IMG/VR virus record: IMGVR_UViG_3300028048_000097
Location: 36,366-100,365 of that record
From: a virus
Taxonomy: Duplodnaviria > Caudoviricetes
Length of the DNA: 64,000 nucleotides
Direction: 5' to 3' (one strand)
Shown: one piece after another, positions 39,901 to 53,673 of the stretch
How the letters are laid out: each line of letters opens with the position of its first letter
Numbering within the stretch: position 1 is the stretch's first letter
Notes under the pieces: generated by a model
Database searches by the model: none
Seen by the model: the letters and a program-made list of their open reading frames with translations, nothing else
What the model was told of the DNA's origin: nothing
Translations under genes and position numbers: made by a program

Positions 39901-42900
39901 TACTTGAGGATTTAAAGGTAATACGTTTTCTTCTAATTACTCTGTGGAAGAAGATAGAGCAAAAAGATTTATTGCCCAAACTAAACGTGCTGTTATCGGA
40001 GGAGGTACAGTTTCTTTATTTACATTAGGCTTACCTTTTGGAGTATCTGATGAATGACGAGCTGCTTGTATAGATGATTTAAAATCATCTGTAAATGATA
40101 TGGGAGGTGATGTTCATGATAAAGAATTAGTAGCAGATGGCGCAATTTATGTATCTCCGGAACAAGCTATTATGGAAAATGAATCTTTGCTAGATCGTAG
40201 AGTTGGTGATAGATTTAAGAAAACTCTATATGGTTGGCAAGATGAAAATGGACAATTAAATGAGATTAAATGTGCAGCGTTTACACTTTCTAATAATAAC
40301 CGTAGGCAAAATCCTTGAAGTTCTACATATAATATAGAAAAGGCTTTTTATTTAATGCATAAAGATACTTTACCTAAATTTATAGATCTTAATAAATATT
40401 ATAGTGTAGGAAATAATGCAACTTCTATAGAATCTATCGTTGATCCTGGAAGATGGATTACACACAATGACTATATTTATTTTTATGATAATGATTCTGG
40501 TAAATATTATAGAATTAATGGTTTTATTCAAACTCAGACTGGAGTTAGTAGAATTTTACAAGAGTGTGATGAAACAGGAAAATTAAAAGGCACTGAGTTT
40601 ACGGAATCTGAAATTTCTATTCAATCTATGTATGATATAGATAGACTTTTTGGTGGGGCCTGAAATATGAAATTAGATTTTGCTTCAAAGCACTTAAAAT
40701 TTGACGATTCTAATAATAAAATTTGTGCAACTATTTTATGTGAAGAAAATTTAAAAAATCAGATTATCCATTATATTATTACTCCTTCTGCAATGAAGGT
40801 TAATGTTAAAAACATAAATGATGTTGCTGTCTTACAAAACTCGGTACTAGATCCAAAAGAGAGTTTATGAGAATTTAAAATGAATCCTAAATATTCTGGA
40901 GTACAGATGGATGCTGGACATGCAGTTGAAGGAGGACATGTTACAGAAATGTCCCAAATGATTCAGCATTTAATCCAAGATGGATATTTAGTAGAATATG
41001 TGGAACAAATATATGATGCTATTGCAGAAGTTACTAAAGATGGTAGAAAAAATTATGAAACGTTAGATTCTCAGACTGTAATTAAAGAAATTACAGATGC
41101 TTTAGTAAAATCATTATATATTAATAATGGTATATCTACATTAACAGATAGTTTTATTAAACTAGCTGCTGAAAATTTTGAAAAATATAAGTCAAAAATT
41201 AAAAATCCATTTAGTGATCCTTCTATTAAAAAGAAAGTTGCTGGTGTTATTATTAGTAATTTAAGCCAAAAAAGTTTGAGGAGAACTTATCCAGGATTGG
41301 GTACTGTTCAGGCACCATCTTATGGTTTTATGCAGTATTTTAATATCAAAACTATTAGTGGCAAAACGTTACATATGAATTACATGCGTTTTTGTAATTA
41401 TATGCGTAAGATACTGGAACCTGGAGAAACGTTAGAAGATCTATTTAAAGATAAAAATTCTGTAAAACCTGGTGTAGTTACAAAAGAATATGTTGAAAAG
41501 TTTAAAAATAGATTCGTTAGAGAAGAAGTTCCAGTAGGACAAAAAACAATAAAGGATATTGGAATCATTGAGGCCATAGACGTTAAAGATATTGATTTTG
41601 AGGATACTTTACTTATTAAACGTAAAGCGGATGATAACTATGATATCGTAAAAATAAATGATATTAGAAGTTATGATTACTGAAGAAATATACAAACTGA
41701 CACACAATATGTATATAGATGAAATACTCAAGGTCGAAATTTATTAGCTCAAACTTCTAGAATAAAAACTTCTGATTTTAAAATCTATAATTTTTATGAC
41801 TTTGATGAACAACGTAGATCTTTTTATTTGACAGAATTTATTTCAAAGTTAAAAGATTCAAAATATATTATTCAAGGTGAACAACAAAAGTATGATTTTA
41901 TTGTTAGAAAATATCCTAACATAAATATTAAAGACGTAAATTCTTTACAAGAAGCTTTAAAACAGGAATTAAAAGATTCTAGAAATACTTTTTTAAGATA
42001 TTCTGAATCTTTAAAGACAAATGGTAAATTTGAAACTTTTCAAGAGGCATTTAACTCTCAAGTAACTAGAAAAATTCTTAGAGAGTTATATAATTGGCGT
42101 AAAGAATCAGTTAGTATTGAAACTATTTTATCTTTTCTTCAGTATTATTTATTAGGTAATTTAGATGAACGAAAGGCTGCAATACAGTATATCAAAAATA
42201 CTCCGGAGATTCAAGAATATTTTGATAAAAGTATTTATGATATTAATTTAAATGAAACATTAGGAAAACCAGATGTTTCAAGAGCTCAAGTCATGGGAGG
42301 CAGAATGTTTGGTAGTAAATATGGTATAAGCTGAGAATATGTTAGTGATGTTATATATAAAGGACCTGAATTTTTTAGTAAAAAAATAATCTCTTCTTTA
42401 TTATCTCCAACACTTCTTGGATTTAAAAAATTATACGATTTACAACTACATACTGGAAATAATGATAATATTTATGTTATTGTTGGGGATACTGAGGAAA
42501 ATAGAAAGCGTTGAAGTGTTATTAATTCACAATCAGATAAATTAAAATCTATAGATGATGGTATATATTATAATGGTGATTATTTATGTGATTCTGATGG
42601 TATTGAGGTTGGAGAATTTAATAGTAACGGTAATAAGCAAATTATGGTATGGGTTAAAGATAATAATAAACTGCAAGAATTTAAAAATTCTTTAAGCCCT
42701 AATTTTGTTAGATATAATTATAGTCAAACAAATGTTAAAGACTTATTACGTGATCAATATCATTATAATTTTGATGAAGATGGAAATCTTATAAAAGAAT
42801 TTAGTATTAGTAAAAAATTTAAGTGAGAATTAGGAACTAATATAAACGATATTAATATAGATCCTGTGTGAATTAAAGATATACAAGATCGTGAAAGAAT

Positions 42901-45900
42901 ATCATATTCTAAAAAAGTATCTCGCGTAAGTAAAGATCAATATAATTCTTTTTTAAAATCTCTTCAGGGGGTTGGAGCTCGTATTCCATCGCAATCTATG
43001 CAATCTTATAGTGCTGTAGAATTTATTGATTGAATTGATACTGAAGAAAATGAAATATATTTACCAAAAGCGTTAACTTGAATTGCTGGTAGTGATTATG
43101 ACATTGATAAGTTCTTCATTATGTGTTGATCAATAATGAATGACGGTACACTTCCTGTATATAAACATATTCCTGGATTTGATATCGATGAATTAGCAAT
43201 GCTCCCAGAACCTAGTAATAAAACGATGGATGTTTATTATACTGATGACTTATCTACAGCAGATTCTACTACGGCAATTATAACAAGTAATGAATTACTA
43301 CAATGAAATTCTGGAAATAGATTTGAAATATTACGTGAAATATTGTCAAAAGATTCTAAAGTTACGTTTGTTTTAACTGATGAAGAGCTTGAAGACGATG
43401 ATTTAATTGACGCTCAGGATGATATTTTTAATACAGTTAATGATTATAATCATACAACTAAAAATCAAAGAAAATTAATAAAATCTTATTCTGAGCATAT
43501 ATTTAAAAATAATGTTGTACGTTCTTTGTTAGAAGCATTAAATGATCCTGCTGCTCAAATTAATTTATTAACTGCACTAAATATGTCAGCTGGTAAAGAA
43601 TTGATCAAAAAGAATTCTTCTAGTAAAGAAAAACGAATGAATGCTGATAATCCTATGTCAATATTTATTCAACAGTATAATAATATGGTGGGACGTAGCG
43701 GTATTAGTGGTGTTGCTGTATCACAAAAAGCATTTAGTACTATTTCTTTTGCTATTGACTCAAGAATTAAAAAACTTGCGGATAAAGTTAAAATGGCAAC
43801 AAATGATGCTATAGAACAAGTAGTACAAGATATAATTGATTCTTTAGCATCAATAACTTTTATTGGTAAGTTACACGATCCTAGTTTAAGATCTTTTGGT
43901 AATATTAACTTTAGACCTTTAATTCAGGCTTTAAAAACTAAAGGTTTTGATATAATTACAATTACAGATCCTACTAAAAATTATTCTAAATTTTTAAATT
44001 ACATAGAAAACTCACAATTTAAAATTGTAGATTTTCTACAAATGATTCAAGATAATTCTAATAAAAATAACGCTTACGATTTATATTCAAATCTTATGTC
44101 ATATGCAACAGATAATGCTAAAGTTTTAGGTTTGGATAAATTAAACGCAGTTGGTAATTTTATTGATTATTATTGTTATTTGTTTGCTACAGGAGAATCA
44201 TTTAATGATATTGGTAATTTTATGACATCTCCTTTGTTTAATATTGTAAGACGATATAGTAAACAAAATATATTTGAAATTGGTTCGAATAGAGTACGAT
44301 CTAAACATATAATTGATTTTATATTAGATCGTGATGATTTACCTATAATTAATAAAAAATTATTTCAAGGTTCTTTAAGTTCATTGGAATTTTTAAGTTT
44401 TTTACATAAATCGAATTCTTGACAAGAATTTGCTAAAAATATTATATCAGAATTAGATATTAAAGCTAAAGGTAAATATGTAGATCAAGAACTACTTTGA
44501 AGTATATTAAATGATACAGAACAAGTTGTACACACATCTACGTTAACAAATGAAAATGATTCTGCAAAATTTGATTATAAACAATCTGTTAAGTTTGTAA
44601 ATGCTGTAAGAAAAACTTTGAAAATTCCTGAAATAAGAGATACTTATTTAAAATGATTAGAAAACGTTATAAATTTAGTAGCGGATCATAAAGTAGTTAA
44701 TCAAGATGAAGTAATTGATTTTGACGATGATAATCTATGAGATGAAATTGACTATTCTGAAAATATTGCTATAGAAAATAATGCTAAATTTTCAGGATGA
44801 GACTTTGATCTCAATGTTATCACTAAAGATCAGGTAAGATCTTTATATAGATATATAACTGATTATCTATCTGTAAAAAATAGTTTATTAGAAAAAACAG
44901 GATTAACTTCTGAAAATTTAAACAATGCTTTAAGTAAATTAATAGAAATTTCAAATGGTGCAGAAGAAGTAAGTTTGCTGGGTAGAATTCTTGCTATTAA
45001 TCAAGGTATGAAAGGAAATGATTTTGATGAATTTTCTTTTATTTCTAAAATGGAATCTGGAATTAATAGAATCTTTATTAATAAATATAAAGAAAAATAT
45101 AGTGCTGAGTCTATTAATGATTGAAAAGCTTTTGATTTTATTAGGTTTATGACAGATTCTCAATATCAACAAGATCTAATTAAACAATATGATAAAGTAA
45201 AAACTACTTTTAATATATTAGATGTATTGGCAAGATCTCCACATTTCTCAGAAATGTTGCAAACTAGTACTGTAATTAGAAAATCTATCAATTTAGCATC
45301 AGTATCTTTAAAATTATCTCGTAAATTAGCGAAAGATATATTTAAATATATATGAGCGGATAAAGATGGAAATGATATTGGAGATATAGTATTTCCTGGA
45401 TTACAGTATCGATTGACGGATAAAGAGTGAAACGAGTTATCAAGTGCAATCGATGATTTAATAATTTATCATTTTGTAGTTAAAACTGCACAAATAAATC
45501 CAGAATTATTTGAATTTAAGGTGCCAGATGATTTTGAAACTTATAATGATAAAGCAAAGTTAGATAAAAACAGAAGTCGCTTTACAATGGATTCTGCAAT
45601 AGGTATTGCTAATTTCAAACGATTAATGGATAAATATATCATTCCAAGATTAAAAATGGATGATCGTTTTAAAGATAATGCATTTATACGAATGTTAACT
45701 TTAGATAGTGTTTCTGATCCTTTAACCAAACAAAGAAAAAGATACTATAAATTAGCAATTAATACAGATGTTAGTGAAAACTCACCTGCTTATGATTTAT
45801 ATGAACAAGCTAGAGAAGGATTAAATAAAATTGCATTTGAAAGATTCGACGGAAAGACCATTATAGATTTATTTTACTTATATAATCTTTTAGTATCTAA

Positions 45901-47071
45901 AGAGAATTTCGGTAATACTAACTTTAGTATGATTTTTGAAGATTTACAAAATAGACAAGTTGGTTCTAATTTAATGGATGCTTTTCATAATTTTGTAGCA
46001 GATTTAGATGCTGAAGATATTACAGTAAAACTTAATGAAGATGGAAAACCTGCTGCAAAAAATGTTATTGCTTACGATATTAATGATTTCTTATGAAGAA
46101 TTATAACACCAGAAAATGCATATAAGTTTAATTATGCTCAAAGAACAGGTAGTACATTAACAGTTCCTAGAAAATATTATGGCACCATTAATACTAGTAA
46201 AGATATAGATATAAAAGGTTTGGATGTTACAAATAATACAACAAGATCATTATCTGATTTTGTAATTAATTTACCATCTTTGTATAAAGAATATGGTAGA
46301 CTATTATTACCAGAATGAGAAGGTTATAAACCAGATATTGCTAGACAAGAAATTGTTAATTTTACTGCTCCTGATGTATTATATGAAATAGTACGCTATC
46401 TACAAGAACTATTTGGAAATGAAGTACCTATTAGACTAATTGATAATAGAGACTTAGAAAATTATCAAAATGAGGGCTCTTTTATGTTTAGAGGTAATTT
46501 ATCTCAAGAACAAATAGATAAAATTAAAGCATCTAACGGGTTTATTGATAATGGGATTATTTATATTAATACTGATAAATATGAGTTAAGCACACCAATT
46601 CACGAACTTGGGCACTTAATTTGTGCTGTATTAAAATTTAATCCTGATAAAAACGTCAAGAAACGATATTACGATTTGTTAAATGCAATCTGGGAGAAGG
46701 AAAAAGGTAAGTATCCTGATATTAGAAAAATAACTCCTTCTGACAAAGAAGAATTATTAGTCGAATGGTTAGGTAACCAATTTTATAATGAATTTAAAGA
46801 GCAATGGTCTAATAATGCCAAATCTCCTATGTATTCATTTGAAATTAAGAATCTTGTTAGATCTGCATTAAATACTTTGTTTAAAACTAACGTTAATTCA
46901 GAAGTTAAACTAGATAGATTAGGTAATACAACACTTGAAGATTTTCTACGAATTTTTCCATCTGAATTATTTGATCTAAATTATAAAAGTAGAGCACACT
47001 TTAGATTGATTTTAAATCAACAATTAACAACACTTAAAAATAAATACGTCGAATGAGATTGTATTTCTTAG
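36911..47071 (+). CDS. Virion-packaged multisubunit-type RNA polymerase with C-terminal zincin domain (~3386 aa, code 4)
   Basis: GARIPSQSMQS followed by GSDYDIDK (DYDID at 43094-43108; crAss-type DxDID catalytic motif). Also ADGAIY, GVQMD, ATDNAK, and HELGH zincin at ~46601. Confidence 0.88.
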
Positions 47072-47077
47072 TACAAT

Positions 47078-50000
47078 ATGAGTTGTGGTTATATAATAAA
47101 AATTAAAGGCACTCCTTTATTAAACGAAAATGGAAGTGTTTTAATGTTTGCAACAGATGAGGAGCTCGATTCTTGATTATACGAGAATCGAGATTCTCTT
47201 CTGCCAAATATAGATCATTTAGATATTATAGCAGAATTAACCCCTTTGCAATCAAAACTTCAATCAGTTTCGGTTTTAAATGATTTTGCTTTAAAATCAA
47301 CACAAAAAGATACTCGTATTAGTGTTACAGATTTATGAGGTAATGTGGATCCTCATAAACTAACACGAAAAGATTCTTTTGAGGAATCGAGTATTAAACG
47401 CATTATGCAAGAAGATAATGTATCAAGAGACGATGCTAAAAAAATTTTTGATGATTTACAAAAAGATACTAGTAAAAAAGATGCGGGCACAGCTATACAT
47501 AAAATATTAGAATTAAAATTTAACGGTAAAAAACTTGGATATGATTCTGAAATAAAAGCTGATTTAAGTTCTGATAAGTTTAAAAAAGATATAGATTTTA
47601 TTGATGATTTTATTTCTACTTTAGGTAAAACATTTAAAGCTGCTGATGGAAGCGATGGCGTTAGAGGTATAGATTATGAAATATTAACTGAAACGAGTAT
47701 AGCAACCTCTATAGATGACATAGAAGCTAGAGATTTTTTACAATCTATTTTTGGAGATAATCGTAAATATATACTTGGTAAAATAGATTTAGTGGTAATT
47801 ACTAGAACTGGGCAAATACATGTATATGATTATAAAACCTCTAATAAAAGATTGGGAACACCTTCTACTGTAACAGATAATTGATATAATAGAGACACAA
47901 ATGTTATTAAAAGTAATGGCTGACTTTCAAACGTTGCCAAAGACACTTACGAAGCACAAGTTATGAGTTATATTAGTATGTTACAACAAGCATTAAATAC
48001 TTCAAATATATATGGGCATATTGTAAAATTTCATATGAATGATGATAATCATATTGACGAATTCGAAGGTGTTGTTAATTTACAAAATAGTACTCAAATA
48101 ACTCGGCAGTTAGGTAAAATATTTGGTAAAACTATTTCTATCACAAATAAGGATACTAAAACAACAAATGAACAAATAAGTGGAATACTTGGTAATAATG
48201 TTTCTGCAGCTAAAAAATCAGAAGGTTTTATACGCAACGTTGAAGTTTATTTAAATTCTGGATTTCTACGACAAGCGGATCAAAATTCTAACGAATATAA
48301 AAAAGGATACACACATTTCTTTAGAGATGACATTCATGATGAACTTATTTATTGTAAGGGTATTGAAGGTGAAGAAGGTGCTAGAAAAAAGGTAACGGAG
48401 TACATTAAAGAGTTAAATAAAAACGCTGACAAAGAACTATTAGATATTGCTAAGGATTTAAAAGCTTGTAAAACTAAAGAAGACTTAGAAAAAGTAGCAC
48501 AAGAAATTTCTTATAGAAATCATAATACTATTGTAAGAACTTTTGAAAAATATATTACACAACATTGAAAATTTGTTGATAACGAAGAACTTAACGGTAA
48601 TGGAATTTTCTTATTTGAAAAAGATAATAGGTGTGAAATAATAATGTTAGAAACAGCAGAAGGCCTTCATAAAAGGGTACAACTCAGAAAAGGCACTTCT
48701 ATTTTAGGCAATGTTTTAAGAGATGATGATAAAGGGGTTGATAGTAGATTTTACTTAGATGCTTCAATTGGCAACATGTTATTAATGAAAGCTGTTTCGT
48801 TTATATCAAATCATGCTAATTATTTTAGATCAAAAAGAGTATCGAGAATATCTGCTTTTAATCCTATTTTTGGAGACAGTTATACTAATACTCCTTTAAG
48901 TGTATTGGCTCATAATTGACAGACTCTTGCTTATTTACATCCTAAGTTAAATTTACGATTAGTTGACGAACTCTTATTTCCAGATGCACAAGCATGTGTA
49001 GAAACAGCTAAAGACCTAGTTAACGGTATTAGTGATTATTATAGTAATATAAAGTTATTTACTATTGCTAAGGATCAAGCTGATTATACAGAAGAACAAT
49101 TACTTGAAATGTTAAAAAGCTTAAGCATTATTGGGCCTAATAATGAAACAGTTGATCCAAAATTACGTCTTGCTTATGGAGAAATTTATAAAGCACTGTT
49201 AATGATTCGGGGCCAATATCGTATTTGTGTTGAGGCTGATTTAGGAGAATTTTTAAGTAAAGGTTTATTTTTTACGGGTGGGTATTTTTCACCTTTTGCT
49301 CTTTCTCCTTCTGCTAATTTACGTATTATTAATGAAATGAGTATTACATTCCATAATAAAATAGCAGACGAAGTTCATAAAGTTGTTATAGAATGACAAA
49401 AAAGACTACGTAAAGCTTGAAAAGGAAAAACTAATGATTTTATGGGTGGTCAATGATCCTTTTTTGAACCTTGATTCGTAACAGATGAGTCTGGAAATAT
49501 TGATAAATCTTTTAGGTTAAAGGATCCTAGAACAGATTCTTATTTTAGAGATAAACCAGATGAAGCAGAATTATGTAAGTTTTTCCTAGACACTCTTGCA
49601 AAATTAAGATGAGGTGATGATTGGGAAAATAGAATTGGGTCTTTTGAATATTATGAAGTTCCATTATGTGAAGCTAGAAATATTGAAATATTAGAAACTT
49701 CAAAAGGATTAACAGGAATTACAAAGGTAGCAAAAAAGAAATGGGATTATGCTTGAAATGTAGGTCAGGAAACTATAAATGGTAAGCGAGTAGAAGTTGG
49801 TAAATATTCACCTAATAAATCATTAGATATAGATAAAATTTATAATCCATATTTTGAACAATCTCATGCAGATAGAGAGAATGAACTAAATGATAAATAT
49901 AAAGGACCTTCATATTTTGAAAAAAATCTAGATATTGTATTTTTGAATACCGTAGTTACTTCAATAAAATCTAAATTAAGTACTAAATTTCTGCCATTAT

Positions 50001-51601
50001 TTACCGGTATGAGAACATTAATGAGCATTGAAAATTTATTTAATGACGCTAAAATGAAAGAAGTTGCCCAAGCTATGGATAAATATATAGATAGTGTTGT
50101 ATTAAATAATTCTTTTGTTCCTGATAGTTTGCAACCTTTAAAAAAGTTATTAAGTGAAATTCAAGGATTAGTCTCTAAAATAACAATTGGTTTAAAATCT
50201 GTAGCTTTTGTACGTGAAAATTTAGGTAATGTTATTCGTGCTGGTTTCCAAGCAGCTGTAAAAGATCCAAGATTTGTTGGTACAGAACATCCTTATTCCG
50301 ATGGTTTTGAAGTAGAAGAATATTTATCTTGTCTATTAGATATGATGGAGCATTGAAAAGAAGGTTTTACTTCAGATAGTAAAGATATGCAATTAAATAC
50401 AATGTTCCGTATGGCAAACATGTCATATCGTGAAATATCTAAAAATCTACAAACTGGTAAATATGGATTAAAAAATATAACAGATGATTTTTGATTCATT
50501 ACATCCACAACTCCAGATTTCTTGCACAGAGTAGCTATATTGAAAGCTACACTAAAACATATTGGTGCATATGATGCTTATGTTATGGAAGACGGTGTTT
50601 TAAAATATGATTGAACTAAAGACAAACGTTTTAATTTATTATTTAAATATGCTGATGATAATATACCTAAAGAGTCAGATGTGCAAAAAATATCGGACTT
50701 TGAAGAAAAGAAACGTTGAAATGAACAATCTGAACAGTATAAAACTTATTTAAAATTTTGAAATAAGACTGGAGAAAAGTTAAAATATGGTGATCCTTTA
50801 CCTCAAGCATTAGATCCAATACAACAAAATAACGCTAAAACTCGTACAGATATTCTATTTGGTAATTATGACGATGAGTCTAAATCTCTAATACAGAGAA
50901 CATTGTTAGGAGGTATGTTTTTTCAATTTAAAACATATGGTATTTCTCGTATGATTGAATGATGACGCCAAGGAGGTGCAATAAATATCATTTTACCTAG
51001 TGATATGAAGGACGAAAATGGTAAACAATTATATATAAGATATGCTACTGAACAAGAAATATTAGAAGGTAAGCCTTGAAAGACTATAATTACTGAGGAT
51101 GAACTTACACAAGAAGATTTAGATAATAATAGAGTAACAAAATTTCAAGATTATACAGGTACTCCTAATGAAGGAAGGATTCAAAGCGTATGAGCATACA
51201 TAACAGCTATCGTTAAAAATGATAGTGAAGAAATGAAGCGCTTATGAAGCGACCCTCATAAAAGGGCAAATTTATTAGCATCTCTTCATGATACTTGGTT
51301 AATGGTTATAATAGCAGGACTTGTACGTTTATTATATGGTGATGAAGTTATTGAAACAATGAATGAGCAAGATTGATGAACTCGTTGGACACATGCTGTA
51401 TTAATGGGTGTTGCTCAAGATGGACCAGTATGAGAAGTTGCAAAGTCAATTTGAAGTAATGGTGAAATTCCTGCTATGTCTGCTTTATCAAAATATGTTA
51501 CAACAGCAATGTCTGTAATTAATGGTAATACATATGTATTAAATGGTTTTATAAATACAGTAGGCGCTACTAAGGAATTTAGTAATTTAATTTCAAACTA
51601 G
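47078..51601 (+). CDS. Large virion protein with N-terminal PD-(D/E)xK (RecB/Cas4-like) nuclease domain (~1507 aa, code 4)
   Basis: AGTAIHKILE...TETSI...GKIDLV...VYDYKT...YEAQVMSY. C-terminal QFKTY region. Ends TAG 51599-51601. Confidence 0.78.
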
Positions 51602-51653
51602 AAAAAAATAACCCCAATACAAGAGAAAAATCTCAAGTATTGGGGTTTATTTT
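51602..51653. terminator. Bidirectional terminator between the convergent modules
   Basis: A-run, CCCCAATAC...GTATTGGGG, T-run. Confidence 0.85.
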
Positions 51654-51978
51654 ATAGCATTTTAACGATTGATTCTATTAGTTTAGGATTAGAATTATCT
51701 AAATTATATAGAAGTGTTCAAAGTTGTTCTTCTATTCCACAATGTATATCGTTTATAGACAAAATACAAATATAATCATTTATACAAAGTTTATCCTTTA
51801 AATAACATCTAATTGTTTCAGATGAATCGTCTGATTTTATTAAATAGGCCCAACCATGATAATACAAACAAGTAAGGCCGATTATTGATATAGGTCTATC
51901 TAAAACTATTTTTATATAAGAAGTTTCACTTTGTAAATATTTAATCTGATAAAAATTCTTTAAACTAATTTTATACAT
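51652..51978 (-). CDS. Small paralogue F (108 aa, code 4)
   Basis: MYKISLKNFYQI...NDYICIL...EEQLWTLLYN. Confidence 0.75.
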
Positions 51979-52291
51979 TTTGTAGTAGTATTGTAATTAT
52001 TTCTATTATATGTTTGTTCTTCGTTTCAGATAATATAGTCCATAAATCTTCCTCTGTTAATTGTCTATCTACAAAAAGTATATAAGTTCCTTTAAAATTA
52101 TGATTACCTCATATATTAATTGTAGTATTCCATGTTCATATTTTATATTTAGAAAATCATGTAGAATAAGGTTTTACTGTATAATATGTAATTCTTGCTC
52201 AAGTTGGAATAAATCAATTTAAATAAAGTTTTTTAAATATAAAATATTCTGTTGGTCCTTGATCAATTACCTTACGTAATTTATATTTCAT
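51971..52291 (-). CDS. Small paralogue E (106 aa, code 4)
   Basis: MKYKLRKV...GTYILFVDRQLTEEDLWTILSE, with 5 TGA. Confidence 0.7.
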
Positions 52292-52622
52292 TTAATAGCA
52301 TAGTTAAACGGTTTATTAACTTTAAATCTTTTGTTGAGGATAGAAGATTTCATATACTTTCTTCATTTATAGGCCCATGATTAACATCAAGAAGACATAC
52401 ATAATCACCTACTGATATTGATCAATCATAGTAATATGTTATATAATTTTCTCCATAATTATAGAAAATTGGCCCAGGAACATTTTCAAAAAGGAATGTA
52501 TGTTTACCTAAAGACTTATTTAAATAAATGCGATTTTCGAATCTATATATCCATCCAATATCTACACTAGGAACTTGAATTATAATTTTATCAATCCTAT
52601 AAAAATTATCAAATGACAACAT
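52281..52622 (-). CDS. Small paralogue D (113 aa, code 4)
   Basis: MLSFDNFYRI...GDYVCLL...EESIWNLLSS. Confidence 0.75.
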
Positions 52623-52993
52623 TATGAATTTACTATATTAGTAAGAACTGGTACATATGCAACATCTTCTTCTGATAAATTAGCTAAAGTATTTCATGCA
52701 AGCTCTTTTATTAATTTAAGCGGACGAGAAAAACAAGGTATATATATGTAGTCATCTTTATTAGCAACTATAGATATACATCCTAGCCATGTTAAACTTG
52801 TTCTAAGATAATTTTTTCCAAAAGACATAAATGGTATTCACATTCCATTTATAAAAACAGTATAGAATTTAAATAAATCAAATTTTCCATTATTGAGTAC
52901 TAATTCTATTTCCTGGGACTCATTATTAGAGCCTATATATCATTTAATATCCTCAACCTTATAAAAGTCAGATAAATCCAACGTATTAGACAT
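52622..52993 (-). CDS. Small paralogue C (123 aa, code 4)
   Basis: MSNTLDLSDFYKV...DDYIYIP...KELAWNTLAN. Confidence 0.72.
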
Positions 52994-53330
52994 GATAAGA
53001 TAAAATTTTAATTATATATTTGTTATCTGTTGTAGATAAAATATTTCAAATATTCTCCTTAGTTAAAGCAACTTTAGAAACTAGTATATAGTCGCCTTCT
53101 GTAAGATTAAGTAAGTTAGGTTGCTCGTCTTTAGGATAATAAATATTTACATATTTATAAAATTTAGAATCTTCATGAGCCATAAAATAATAATACTCTA
53201 TATTTCACAAACTATATAGATAACCACATGGAGGAATTGAAGTTTCTAATTCTAATGTAACACGATCGGAATAAGCGCTATAGGAACTATACCTAATTTT
53301 ATTTATTCTAGAAAGTCTTATCGAGTTCAT
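52986..53330 (-). CDS. Small paralogue B (114 aa, code 4)
   Basis: MNSIRLSRINKI...GDYILVSKVALTKENIWNILST. Confidence 0.72.
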
Positions 53331-53673
53331 TTATCGTGTTAGTAATGTATTCAATTAATTTTATATCTGGATTTTTTAAGCTATATAATATATTTCATAA
53401 TTGTTCAGAATCTACAAAAGTATCTTCGTTTGCTATTATAAGATAATCTCCTGTTGTGCATTTATGTAGTAATCAAAGATTGCAATTAAGAAAATTATAT
53501 GATGATTTTATACACTGTCCTGATATATTTAATTCTATGAAAATACCCTTATATAATACTGCTAATCTGTCATGTTCAATAAATCTATCAACAATTATTA
53601 CACAATAAGAACCTAATATATCGGTATGATACTGCACTTTAATTATTTTATAAAAATTATCTAAAGTAAGCAT
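53308..53673 (-). CDS. Small paralogue A (121 aa, code 4)
   Basis: MLTLDNFYKI...GDYLIIA...SEQLWNILYS. Confidence 0.75.

Noticed and set aside
466-50508. Many short minus-strand ORFs in the track (e.g. 706-1110, 5298-5852, 21953-22438, 33499-33819)
   Set aside because: They are antisense shadows of long + strand code-4 genes, with no motifs or operon context.
6074-51601. Interpreting the fragmented ORFs as pseudogenes or selenocysteine genes
   Set aside because: Fragments stay in frame, break only at TGA, and TGA sits at conserved Trp positions.
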